Positions 29,561 through 39,094 of a DNA stretch of 64,000 bases are shown one piece after another. Origin of the DNA: Dehalococcoidia bacterium (lineage in GTDB: Bacteria; Chloroflexota; Dehalococcoidia; Plut-88900); the NCBI GenBank assembly GCA_965197585.1, contig OZ240215.1, positions 1,344,001 through 1,408,000 on the forward strand. The letters run 5' to 3'. A model generated the notes under the pieces. That model saw only the letters and a list, made by a program, of their open reading frames with translations, was not told the DNA's origin and ran no database searches. Position numbers and translations under genes: made by a program. Position 1 is the stretch's first letter. Each line of letters starts with the position of its first letter.

Positions 29561-29854
29561 TTGGACCCTAATTTCATCACAAGACAAGACTGGGCAGACA
29601 TCGGTGAGTTCCTCTTGGCCCTCCTTTTCGTACCCGGCCTGATGATAGTCTTCGCCTTCTCTATACTCACAGCTCATGCCCTAATCCCTTCACTCGTCAA
29701 ATCGGGCCACCTCCCTGATGACCTCTCCAAAGTCCGACCTGTCTTTTACATCATCGCGTTTGCAGCTCTTCTGGGAGTAATATCCTATCTCGCCTTCGTG
29801 GGCGTCAATGCGGACCGCTCTTTCGGAGACGTTTACTCCCGCTGGTGGCAGTAA
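29561..29854 (+). CDS. Small membrane protein heading the ACIII operon
   Basis: 97-aa ORF with 2 hydrophobic helices, co-oriented with actA. Confidence 0.65.
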   Translation: MDPNFITRQDWADIGEFLLALLFVPGLMIVFAFSILTAHALIPSLVKSGHLPDDLSKVRPVFYIIAFAALLGVISYLAFVGVNADRSFGDVYSRWWQ

Positions 29855-29894
29855 CCACCCCCTGAAGGAAAACCGGACTTCCATCAACTAACAG

Positions 29895-30455
29895 ATGCCC
29901 ACCACGATCAAAATACTCGTACCGATTGTAGGTCTTGGTGTTGGAGTCATCCTCGTCTTGACGGCGGTATTTTTGACGAAAGCCGTATTCTCCGAACCGT
30001 TCCAGGTATTTGGCATGGGCGCCGCTCCCGAGCAGCCCATCAACTTTCCCCACGACGTACATGTCGAAAAAGTCGGCATCGAGTGCATGTTCTGTCACCG
30101 CACCGTCGATTCCAGCGGACCCGCCGGCATACCCCCCGTTGAGCAATGTCTCTTCTGCCACAAGGATTTGGGCGATGAGCAATTCATCCTTTCCGGGAGC
30201 GAGGAACTGGAACTCCTCAGGTCTCACTTCGATAACGGAGACCCGATTCAGTGGAAACGAGTCCACCGCCTCCCCGACCACGTTCAGTTCCTCCATGAAG
30301 CCCACATAGGCGCCGGCATTAACTGCTCCACGTGCCACGGTGACGTGGGCGGCATGCAGGTGGTAGAGCAGGTCCGAGACTTGAAGATGGGAGACTGCGT
30401 TGACTGTCACCGGGAGAATAACGCCCCTACCGATTGTCTAACGTGTCACTATTAG
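29895..30455 (+). CDS. actA: Pentaheme cytochrome c, ACIII subunit ActA (QrcA-like)
   Basis: N-terminal TM; five CxxCH (CMFCH, CLFCH, CSTCH, CVDCH, CLTCH); QPINFPH. Confidence 0.9.
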   Translation: MPTTIKILVPIVGLGVGVILVLTAVFLTKAVFSEPFQVFGMGAAPEQPINFPHDVHVEKVGIECMFCHRTVDSSGPAGIPPVEQCLFCHKDLGDEQFILSGSEELELLRSHFDNGDPIQWKRVHRLPDHVQFLHEAHIGAGINCSTCHGDVGGMQVVEQVRDLKMGDCVDCHRENNAPTDCLTCHY

Positions 30456-30489
30456 ACTTGGGAAGTGCACCTAAAGCGGTAAATTAAAA

Positions 30490-32739
30490 TTGCCAGTTAG
30501 CCGAAGACAATTTCTAAAGATCGCCGGTATCTCGTCATTGGGCGCGGTCATATTTAAGGCCTGTGGTTTCGATGCGGAAGAGAACCTCGTCGAGAGCCCG
30601 GTAAACCTCCCCGAAGACCTGGTCACCGGGACCGATAACTGGTATGCCAGCACGTGCCGGCAGTGCCCCGCAGGCTGCGGCAACATCGTTCGGGTTATGG
30701 AAGGCCGAGCCAAGAAGATCGAGGGTAACCCCAACCATCCCCTAAGCCGAGGCAAGCTCTGCGTAAGAGGCCAGGCTGGAGTCCAGGCCCTTTATCACCC
30801 CGACAGGATAGCCGGGCCTATGCGCCGCTCCGGTCCCCGAGGCTCCGGCCAATATGAACGTATATCTTGGAATGACGCCGAGGCAGAAATAGTCCCACGC
30901 CTCCAAAATGCCCAGGCCGACCGGGTGCTCCTGGCCACCGAGCCCCTCAGGGGTAGACTGGCAATGGTCACCAAACGGTTTGTCGAAGCCCTTGGCATCC
31001 GACATCACTCATTTGAAACCCTGGAGCGCTCCACTAACCTGAAAGCGGCAATGCGGCAGGTCTTCGGTGTGGAGCAGTTGCCGGAATTCGACCTCGAAAA
31101 CACGAGCTTCCTCCTCGGTTTCGGCGCAGACTTACTCGAGACTTGGCTTTCCACAGTCCGGTACAACCGCGGTTACGGCCATTTGCGACAGGGCGACCAC
31201 CGAGAGCGCGGGACATTCGTACATGTCGACAGCCGATTCTCCATGACCGCCGCCAACGCCGACAAGTGGGTACCCGTCAAACCCGGCATGGAGGGCATAT
31301 TAGCCCTCGGCTTAGCCTACGTAATTATCAGAGAAGAGCTCGGCGACAAGGCCGCAGCCGATGCCATGACCGGAGGCCGGGGCTTCGAAGCGCTCGCCCC
31401 CTTCGCCCCCAACCTAACCGCCGAAATGACAGGGGTGTCGGAGAACGAGGCCATTTCTCTAGCCCGACGTTTCGCCGAAGAGCAGCCGAGTCTCGCCATC
31501 GGAGGCGGCTCCGCCGGCGCACACACCAACGGTGTCTACAACCTGGCGGCTATATATTCTCTCAACGTGCTCGTAGGAAACCTGGGAGTGGATGGCGGCC
31601 TTCACTTCAATCCCTCGCCATTGTCTCCGGGCGCTGGCAGCTCTATTCCCGACTCCACGTTCAAGGACTGGCAGGATATCGCCAGCGACATGGGGAATGT
31701 GGAACTCCTTATGGTTAGGAACGTGGACCCCGTTCACGGCCTGCCGGAGGACCTGGGATTCCAGGAAGCCATTGGTAAGGTGCCCTACGTCGTTAGTTTC
31801 TCCAGCTTCATGGACGACACCACGTCCCAAGCCGATCTCATCCTGCCCGACAGCACTTATCTCGAAGCTTGGGGCGACGACGTTCCAGACCCGGGCCCCG
31901 GCTACGAAATGGTCACCTTCCAGCAGCCCGTGGTAGCTCCGTTCCAGGACACCCGGTCTTTCGGGGATGCTTTAATCGGCATCTCCAGCCGTCTTGGAGG
32001 CTCGGTTGCCTCCGCTCTGCCTTGGACAAGTTTCAAGGATGTAGTACAGGAAAGCGCCCGAGAGCTATTCGCTCTCAACCGCGGCAACCTTACCCTTGAG
32101 GGCAGCTTCGAGGCATTTTGGAACGGGCTGCTGCAGCGGGGCGTTTGGTATGACCAGAATTCCAGGCCCAGTTCGAAGGCTGATCCCCAGCCCCTCCCCA
32201 CGGAAGTTAATGCTCCCGTATTTCAAAATGCCCCCCACGAAGAGGGCATGAATCTCATCGTCTACCAGACCAACTCCATGCTGGACGGTAAACTCGCCCA
32301 CCTGCCGTGGCTTCAGGCTACACCTGACCCCATAACCACCGTGGTCTGGGATACATGGGTAGACCTCAGCCGCGAAGACGCACGAAGGATGGAAGTGAAG
32401 TCGAACGACATCGTAGAGGTCAGGTCCCAGTACGGTGCAATCGAAGCCCCGGTTTATGTAAACAGAGGGACGCCCCCAGGCACGGTATGCATCCCCGTTT
32501 CTCAGGGCCACTCGGCCTTCGGGCGCTACGCCGAGAACCGGGGCACTAACGTTATGTCGATTCTTGCCCCTCTCACCGACCCCAACACCGGGGCCCTTGC
32601 CTACAACGCTACCAGGGTCAAAGTCACCAAGACCGACCGGCAGAGGACTTTGCCCAAGTTCGAAGGCGTAGTCGAAGCATTGCCCGCCGTAACCACCGAG
32701 CTCATTCAGATTGCTAACGGAAAGGACGGCTCCCACTAG
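30490..32739 (+). CDS. actB: Molybdopterin-oxidoreductase-like subunit ActB1/QrcB
   Basis: Tat SRRQFLK; CRQCPAGC...C FS0 motif; KIEGNPNHP; DPITTVVWD. Confidence 0.85.
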   Translation: MPVSRRQFLKIAGISSLGAVIFKACGFDAEENLVESPVNLPEDLVTGTDNWYASTCRQCPAGCGNIVRVMEGRAKKIEGNPNHPLSRGKLCVRGQAGVQALYHPDRIAGPMRRSGPRGSGQYERISWNDAEAEIVPRLQNAQADRVLLATEPLRGRLAMVTKRFVEALGIRHHSFETLERSTNLKAAMRQVFGVEQLPEFDLENTSFLLGFGADLLETWLSTVRYNRGYGHLRQGDHRERGTFVHVDSRFSMTAANADKWVPVKPGMEGILALGLAYVIIREELGDKAAADAMTGGRGFEALAPFAPNLTAEMTGVSENEAISLARRFAEEQPSLAIGGGSAGAHTNGVYNLAAIYSLNVLVGNLGVDGGLHFNPSPLSPGAGSSIPDSTFKDWQDIASDMGNVELLMVRNVDPVHGLPEDLGFQEAIGKVPYVVSFSSFMDDTTSQADLILPDSTYLEAWGDDVPDPGPGYEMVTFQQPVVAPFQDTRSFGDALIGISSRLGGSVASALPWTSFKDVVQESARELFALNRGNLTLEGSFEAFWNGLLQRGVWYDQNSRPSSKADPQPLPTEVNAPVFQNAPHEEGMNLIVYQTNSMLDGKLAHLPWLQATPDPITTVVWDTWVDLSREDARRMEVKSNDIVEVRSQYGAIEAPVYVNRGTPPGTVCIPVSQGHSAFGRYAENRGTNVMSILAPLTDPNTGALAYNATRVKVTKTDRQRTLPKFEGVVEALPAVTTELIQIANGKDGSH

Positions 32740-32759
32740 CCGTACCCAGGAGGTAATCC

Positions 32760-33467
32760 TTGGCAGACCAAAACAAATTCAAATGGGGTATGGTGATCGA
32801 CGTCGACCGGTGTACCGGTTGTGAGGCATGCGTAGTAGCTTGCCAGGCCGAGAACAATATCCCCCTGAATGAAGAGGACAGGTTCCACCAGGGACGCGCC
32901 ATAGAATGGATCCGGATCGAGCGCTACTGGGAGGGTGAATACCCGAACGTGAAGGCCAAGTTCCTTCCCGTCCTTTGCCAGCACTGTGACAACGCCCCCT
33001 GCGAGCCCGTCTGTCCTGTGTATGCCACCTACCACAACGACCAGGGCATGAATGTCCAGGTCTACAACAGGTGTGTAGGCACCCGATACTGTGCAAACAA
33101 CGATCCCTACCAGGTGCGGTTTTTCAACTTTTGGGAGCCCGAGTGGCCCGAGTCCCTGGAAAATCAGCTAAACCCGGACGTTACCGTCCGCACTCGAGGG
33201 CTGATGGAGAAGTGCTCCTTCTGTATCCAGCGTATCCGGCGCACGGAACGCGACCTCAAAAACGACGGCCGAGATCTCAGGGACGGCGAATTGCAGCCTG
33301 CCTGCGCTCAGACCTGCCCCACAGACGCATTGGTATTCGGAAACATGAAAGACCCGGAAAGCCGTGTCTCTAAGCTCGCCAAGAGCGACAGACACTACAA
33401 ACTGCTCGAAAACCTGGGCACGGAGCCCAACGTGATTTATCTGAAGAAAGTGGAGCGTGATGTCTAA
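32760..33467 (+). CDS. 4Fe-4S dicluster subunit ActB2/QrcC
   Basis: CTGCEACVVAC, CQHCDNAPCEPVCP, RCVGTRYC, MEKCSFC, CAQTCP. Confidence 0.92.
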   Translation: MADQNKFKWGMVIDVDRCTGCEACVVACQAENNIPLNEEDRFHQGRAIEWIRIERYWEGEYPNVKAKFLPVLCQHCDNAPCEPVCPVYATYHNDQGMNVQVYNRCVGTRYCANNDPYQVRFFNFWEPEWPESLENQLNPDVTVRTRGLMEKCSFCIQRIRRTERDLKNDGRDLRDGELQPACAQTCPTDALVFGNMKDPESRVSKLAKSDRHYKLLENLGTEPNVIYLKKVERDV

Positions 33468-34899
33468 CGGCGAACACGAAGAGCTCCACTCTTTAGTCGA
33501 AATTCCCCGGCCGACGTCGCAGCAGGTCAACGACGACCTTCTCTCCCAGACTAACACCTTGGGTCAGCGGTTCAAGACTGCAACCCCCATATTCGGTGTT
33601 CTGGTGGCCGTGGGGGTCATCGGCTTCATTATCAAGGCCCTGGACGGCTTTGACGACCGCAAGGACTGGGGTTACTACGCCGCCATTTTCGCCTTCCTGT
33701 TCACCACTTGTCAGAGCGCTCTGCTTGTATCCGCAACCATGAGGCTGGCTAAGACTCACTGGCGCCGCCCCCTCGCCCGGGTATCCGAGCTCTTCGCCAT
33801 CGTCGGAGTCTTCAACCTAATTATTTTCCTTCCCCTCCTATGGACAATACCCGAGGCCGAAGGCCGCAACAGCATTTGGTTCGAATGGCCTTGGGGCGCT
33901 CCCCGGCTCCTTGATGCCTTGGCCATGATTTTCCTGGTCCTTAACGGCCTTGCCCTTCTTTGGGCTTCCTCCCTTCCTGACTTAGCGCTTTACGGGCGTA
34001 GGTACGGAGGCGTTCGTGGCGCTCTTGCCCGGCTCATGTCCAGGGGTTGGAAAGGCACTCCCCTCCAGTGGACCGTTCTCAAGAGCGGCCAGATTGCCCT
34101 CGGCACTTTCTACTTTATATTCCTTATAGGAGTCGTCTTCATCATATCTTCCGACTTCTCGATGGCTTTAGTGCCTGGCTGGATCGACGCCATATTCCCC
34201 GCTTTCCAGGCCATCACCGGTATCCAGGCGGGTATCGCAACCACCATGCTCACCCTTTACCTCGTGCGACGCTTCGGCGGCCACGAGAAGTACATTTACA
34301 TGGAAGTATTCTGGGCGTTGAGCAAGATCCTGATAGCCTTCACCCTGCTCTGGATATATTTCTGGTTCGCCGGATTCATAACTTTCTGGTATGGCCGCAA
34401 ACCGGTGGAGGAGAACGTCCTCCAGCTACTCATGATCGGGCCCTACCGCTTTGCTTTCTACTTGGCCGTGTTCCTGAGTTTCGTGGTGCCCTTCCTGATC
34501 CTCATGTGGAATTGGGTGCGCAAGACACCTGCGGGCCCGTCCATAGCCTCGGCGGTCATCATCTGTGGCGTCTTCTTCGATAAGCTGCGGCTGTACGTTG
34601 CCTCTTATTCCTTCACCAACGACGAGTTGGCAGCCGCTCTCCATCATGAGTCGGAATTCGTCAACACGACCTTTCCGGCCACCGGCGCCGATATTCCCCA
34701 CTTCTTCGTGACTAACTGGCCGGACTATACCGACATTATGGTTATCCTCGGTGGCTTGGCCATGCCCTTCTTTGTCTATCTGATCGCCACCAAGCTTCTT
34801 CCGGTCATTTCCATCTGGGAAACTAAGGAAGGCTACCTATTGAGTTCGGTTAAGACCATTCTGAAACGCCGGTACCTGGTACTGGCCAAGCCTGATTGA
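33460..34899 (+). CDS. actF: NrfD-like membrane subunit, probably ActF
   Basis: Polytopic; WRRPLARVSE; divergent paralog of the adjacent ActC. Confidence 0.7.
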   Translation: MSNGEHEELHSLVEIPRPTSQQVNDDLLSQTNTLGQRFKTATPIFGVLVAVGVIGFIIKALDGFDDRKDWGYYAAIFAFLFTTCQSALLVSATMRLAKTHWRRPLARVSELFAIVGVFNLIIFLPLLWTIPEAEGRNSIWFEWPWGAPRLLDALAMIFLVLNGLALLWASSLPDLALYGRRYGGVRGALARLMSRGWKGTPLQWTVLKSGQIALGTFYFIFLIGVVFIISSDFSMALVPGWIDAIFPAFQAITGIQAGIATTMLTLYLVRRFGGHEKYIYMEVFWALSKILIAFTLLWIYFWFAGFITFWYGRKPVEENVLQLLMIGPYRFAFYLAVFLSFVVPFLILMWNWVRKTPAGPSIASAVIICGVFFDKLRLYVASYSFTNDELAAALHHESEFVNTTFPATGADIPHFFVTNWPDYTDIMVILGGLAMPFFVYLIATKLLPVISIWETKEGYLLSSVKTILKRRYLVLAKPD

Positions 34900-34934
34900 C
34901 AATCCCAACGCAAAGAGGTTAGCGGAGACTCTTA

Positions 34935-36311
34935 ATGCAAGAACGAGTCCCTGTTCCCGATTCCGAAATAAATCGAGAACTCCTAAGTCCCATAGAAACT
35001 CACCCTAAGTGGTTTTTCATTACTGTGGCAGTTCTGGCCCTGATCGTGGCCACCGCGGGCGGGGCGTTGGGCTGGATGATAAATCAGGGTCTGGGTGTCA
35101 CTGGCCTTAATCGGCCGGTGATGTGGGGCTTCTTCATCTCCAATTTCGTATTCTGGGTCGGCATCAGCCACGCTGGCGTTATGATCTCCTCGATACTCAG
35201 GCTCAGCCAGGCAGAATGGCGGAGGCCTGTAACCCGTGCCGCCGAGGTCCTCACTATCTTCTCCCTGATGACCGCCGCCCTCTTCCCACTGATGCACGCT
35301 GGGCGGCCCTGGCGCATAGCCTACTGGATCTTCCCCTATGACTTCGCCAGAGGTATATGGCCTAACATACGCTCTCCCCTGGTATGGGACCCGGCCGCTA
35401 TATTCACCTATCTGACTGGAGCCACTCTATTCGTTTTAATAGCCCTGGTCCCGGACTTCGCCGTAATGCGAGACCGCAACAAGGGTGTAAGGAAGCAGAT
35501 ATACGGATTCTTGTCCCTCGGGTTCCGGGGCACGCCACGTCAGTGGAGGCTCCAGGCCATCGCCGGAATCCTGCTCTCTGCGTTGATACTGCCAGTGTTC
35601 GTCTCAGTGCACAGCATTGTGTCCTGGGACTTCGGTATGGCTGTATCCGTCGCGAGCTGGCACACGACTGTGATGGCCCCCTACTTCGTGATCGGTGCCG
35701 TGCACTCGGGTGTATCGGCCGTAGTTACGATGATGGCCCTGCTGCGCTGGGTCTTCAAATGGGACAAGTTCATCCGTCCCGAACACTTCGACGGCCTGGG
35801 CCGTCTCCTCATCGTCGTCGGCACCGGCTGGTTCTATTTCTTCATCCTGGAGTTCATATTCGGCCTCTACAGCCAGGAAACTTCCGAGGTCACGCTCAGA
35901 AATATGCTGCTCTATGAGTGGCCGTGGAACTTCATGTTCTTCACATTCCTGGCGACCTCATACTTCATCCCGATACCGATGTGGCTGTTCAGGGGAGTGA
36001 GACGCAACGTGTTGCTGATGTTCCTCACCTCCATCCTAGTCAACATCGGCATGTGGCTCGAGAGGTTCTTGATCATCGTTCCGGGCCTGATGAGAAAACA
36101 GGAGTTCACTTTCGTCTGGGCCAACTACAGGCCGAGCGTCGTTGAGATATTGCTTGTTGTCGGGTCCTTTGCGTTTGTGACCATGATGGTGCTGCTCTTC
36201 TCCAAGGTCTTCCCTCTCATTCCTCTGTTCGACCAGAAGGAGGGCAAGATACTGGAGGCCACCACCAGGGTAGGCAGGCGGAATGTTCCGTCCATTGTCA
36301 GAGAAGAGTAA
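34935..36311 (+). CDS. actC: NrfD/PsrC-family quinol-binding subunit ActC
   Basis: NFVFWVGISHAG, RAAE, HAGRPW, SPLVWD, SVHSIVSWDF, GMWLERF. Confidence 0.92.
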   Translation: MQERVPVPDSEINRELLSPIETHPKWFFITVAVLALIVATAGGALGWMINQGLGVTGLNRPVMWGFFISNFVFWVGISHAGVMISSILRLSQAEWRRPVTRAAEVLTIFSLMTAALFPLMHAGRPWRIAYWIFPYDFARGIWPNIRSPLVWDPAAIFTYLTGATLFVLIALVPDFAVMRDRNKGVRKQIYGFLSLGFRGTPRQWRLQAIAGILLSALILPVFVSVHSIVSWDFGMAVSVASWHTTVMAPYFVIGAVHSGVSAVVTMMALLRWVFKWDKFIRPEHFDGLGRLLIVVGTGWFYFFILEFIFGLYSQETSEVTLRNMLLYEWPWNFMFFTFLATSYFIPIPMWLFRGVRRNVLLMFLTSILVNIGMWLERFLIIVPGLMRKQEFTFVWANYRPSVVEILLVVGSFAFVTMMVLLFSKVFPLIPLFDQKEGKILEATTRVGRRNVPSIVREE

Positions 36312-36320
36312 GGTGAAGCC

Positions 36321-36854
36321 ATGACCACATTTGTACCTAAAAAGAGCGTGCTGGGGGTCTTCCCCAACGCCGACACCGCGGCGGATGCCGTGGAGGGACT
36401 CCAGTCGAATAAGTTCGACGACAAGGAGTTCGAGATAATGTCGGGCACTCCGTATCCCGAGGGAGCCTTCGGTGAGAAGAAGTCATCCCACCGGCTGTAC
36501 GTCTTCCCCTTCATTGGGGCAGCCATAGGCTTTACGGTGGCCATACTGCTTACCACCGCCACGCAGGTCTCCTACCCTCTCGTCACAGGTGGTAAGCCGA
36601 TCCTATCCATTCCTCCCATGGCAATCATCACCTACGAAGGGACGATGCTCGGGGCCATAATCTTCACGGTTCTCGGCATCGTCTTCGAGTCCCGCCTGCC
36701 GAGAAGTAAGCTGGGCCTCTATGACGAGCGCATTATGGAAGGCTACGTCGGAGTCCTGGTAACCGCCCCTGAGGACCGGATCCCCGTGGCGCAGAACGTG
36801 CTGAAGGAGGCAGGCGCAGAAACCATCAAGGAAGGCGAACCCGTCGGGGTCTGA
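36321..36854 (+). CDS. actD: ACIII subunit ActD (DUF3341)
   Basis: TPYP, YPLVTGGKP, ITYEGTML, YDERI. Confidence 0.88.
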   Translation: MTTFVPKKSVLGVFPNADTAADAVEGLQSNKFDDKEFEIMSGTPYPEGAFGEKKSSHRLYVFPFIGAAIGFTVAILLTTATQVSYPLVTGGKPILSIPPMAIITYEGTMLGAIIFTVLGIVFESRLPRSKLGLYDERIMEGYVGVLVTAPEDRIPVAQNVLKEAGAETIKEGEPVGV

Positions 36855-36875
36855 CGGAGGGTAACCCGGAGCGTT

Positions 36876-37916
36876 ATGGAGTTTCACATCGGTATGGGAC
36901 GTAGCGAAACGATCCACGAGATCGGCCCATTGGCGCGCATCGCCGAGGACGCTGGATTCACTCATATCAACTTCCCAGATCAGCCACCACTCAACCGGGA
37001 TGTGTTTCTGAACATGGCTATGGCAGCCCAAAGCACTACCAGGATATCGATGGGGCCAGGCATAGTTACCCCATATACCTACCATCCAGCTGTGATCGCC
37101 AATGCCACCGCAACCGTAGACGAGTTGTCGGGGGGGCGGGCGTTTGTCGGCATAGGTGCCGGGGGCAGCGCAGTAATGAGCATGGGCCTCAAACCGCGTC
37201 CCATGCGTGAGCTGCGCGAGGCAGCCCAGTTCATCAAGAATTTCATGTCCGGCAGGGAAGCAGAATTCAAAGGCGGAAAGACTCACTCAGAATGGATCAA
37301 GCGTCCAGTGCCAATGTACATCGCGATTGACGGACCCCGAGGCCACGAGGTCGCCGGTGAATTTGCCGATGGCGTATACGTCCAAAGCGTTCACCCCGAC
37401 GTGTTCGAATGGAGAAAATCCCTGATTGAGCGGTCAGCTGTAAAGGCAGGCCGGGACCCGTCGAAAATCAAGATCATCCCCTCGACCATCGTCTACATCA
37501 CAGACGATCGCGAAAGTGCCCGCCGGGAGGTAGCCCCACAAGTTGCTTCCAAGCTCAGACGGGCCTTCCCCATGTGGAGAAGCAGTCACCCGGACATGGT
37601 GGCCCTGCGGGAGCAGCTTGAAAAAAACGACCCCGGGCTTGTAGATGAGATAATCCAGGTCGGGGACCGTATTAACGAAGTTTTTGACGAGCACCAGCAC
37701 GAGAAAATCGACTCACCCCAGGCCGAGCCGGTGACTTGGAGGCTGATTGACTACTATATGCTCGTCGGGAGTGAGGAAGAGGTCTGTGAGCGGATACAAG
37801 ACCTTAGGAATCGGGGGCTGGCCGGACTAATGCCCCTTATTTACACCATACAGGACAAGCAAACGATGATGCAGGAGATCGGCGCCCGGATCATCTCCCG
37901 ATTCGGAAACAACTAA
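36876..37916 (+). CDS. LLM-class (Mer-like, probably F420-dependent) oxidoreductase
   Basis: AEDAGF, TTRISMGPGIVTP, ATVDELSGGRAFVGIGAG, AGEFADG. Confidence 0.88.
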   Translation: MEFHIGMGRSETIHEIGPLARIAEDAGFTHINFPDQPPLNRDVFLNMAMAAQSTTRISMGPGIVTPYTYHPAVIANATATVDELSGGRAFVGIGAGGSAVMSMGLKPRPMRELREAAQFIKNFMSGREAEFKGGKTHSEWIKRPVPMYIAIDGPRGHEVAGEFADGVYVQSVHPDVFEWRKSLIERSAVKAGRDPSKIKIIPSTIVYITDDRESARREVAPQVASKLRRAFPMWRSSHPDMVALREQLEKNDPGLVDEIIQVGDRINEVFDEHQHEKIDSPQAEPVTWRLIDYYMLVGSEEEVCERIQDLRNRGLAGLMPLIYTIQDKQTMMQEIGARIISRFGNN

Positions 37917-37919
37917 GCC

Positions 37920-38492
37920 ATGAGAGCGTTAGCCGCAATAAGAAAATCAGGCTTCAAGTGGACCCTACTATTGGTCGTACTCGGGACCGTTGCCCTCGCC
38001 TGCTCTACGGGCAGCTATCCCGTGGACATTTTCACGGAGATGCACTACCAGCAGTCCTACCGTTCCCAGGAACCTCCGCGGCTCTTGACTGCCGAGGGCG
38101 CAGTCCCCTTTACCGATGAGTCTATGGCCCTTCGCCCCGCCGAGCCTGCATCCCAAGGTGAAGCCCTGATTCCAAACCCGATTGAAGCGTCTGCTGATAA
38201 CCTGGTCCGCGCCCAGCAGGTATTTACCCGCAACTGCTCCATGTGCCACGGGGTCTCCGGCGCAAGCGACAGTTTCATATCCGTGACCTTCACCTCCATG
38301 GGCATCAAGCCGCCCGCCAACTTCGCAGAGGCCGGTTCCATAACGCCCGATGGCAGCTCCGACGGTCTGGCTTTCTGGATCATGACGGACGGGCTCGGAA
38401 ACATGCCTTCCTTCCGTCACCTCCTCTCCTATGAAGACCGGTGGGGAGTCATTCACTACCTGCGTGTCCTCTCCCAACAGGCCGGACAGTAG
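37920..38492 (+). CDS. actE: Monoheme cytochrome c lipoprotein ActE
   Basis: Lipobox VALA-C, EMHYQQSYRSQE, CSMCH, distal MP, DRW. Confidence 0.88.
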   Translation: MRALAAIRKSGFKWTLLLVVLGTVALACSTGSYPVDIFTEMHYQQSYRSQEPPRLLTAEGAVPFTDESMALRPAEPASQGEALIPNPIEASADNLVRAQQVFTRNCSMCHGVSGASDSFISVTFTSMGIKPPANFAEAGSITPDGSSDGLAFWIMTDGLGNMPSFRHLLSYEDRWGVIHYLRVLSQQAGQ

Positions 38493-38497
38493 TCCCC

Positions 38498-39079
38498 ATG
38501 TCCCGTTTCCAGGGAACGCACACCGGCGGCGTCCGGTTCCCGACTACTTTTAACGCCGCCCTCAGGATAACCCCGTTCTTAACGGTCATCTTGGCCATCC
38601 TTATTGTTCTGTCCGCAGCCGCTTGCGCCACCGAGACCCCAACCCTCGAAGAGCGCGCTCAGTCTATTGACCAACGCCTCATGTGTCCCGTCTGTCCCGC
38701 AGAGACCATCGACCAGTCCCAGGCAGACGTCGCCATCCAGATGCGGGAGCTAGTCCGCGAGAAACTCCGCGCCGGGGAATCCGAAGACCAGATATTCAAT
38801 TTCTTCGTCGACCGTTATGACAAGGGAGTCCTTGCCGAGCCTCCCGCAGAAGGCTTTAATATCCTCGTCTGGGTTATCCCACCCTTGGCCTTCCTGTTAG
38901 GTCTGGCTCTCATTTGGTTGGGGTTCCGACAGTTGACTCGCTCCCCGCACCACTTCACCCCCACTTCCGGTGGTGACTGGCAAGCCGATTCTGAAAGCTA
39001 TCTGAGGGAGATCGACGAAGAGTTCGAAGCCTTCCGGCGCACCACAGGCTCCGGCACTGCTCCCGAACACAGCCTTTAA
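38498..39079 (+). CDS. ccmH: Cytochrome c biogenesis protein CcmH
   Basis: LMCPVC, FFVDRY...VLAEPP. Confidence 0.9.
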   Translation: MSRFQGTHTGGVRFPTTFNAALRITPFLTVILAILIVLSAAACATETPTLEERAQSIDQRLMCPVCPAETIDQSQADVAIQMRELVREKLRAGESEDQIFNFFVDRYDKGVLAEPPAEGFNILVWVIPPLAFLLGLALIWLGFRQLTRSPHHFTPTSGGDWQADSESYLREIDEEFEAFRRTTGSGTAPEHSL

Positions 39080-39094
39080 GAGGGAGGTTTAACC

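Noticed and set aside
30490-36311. Calling the complex a polysulfide or nitrate reductase, or a reductive dehalogenase complex
   Set aside because: ActA, ActD and ActE homologs and two NrfD-like subunits indicate ACIII; no clear Mo ligand and no rdhA motifs.
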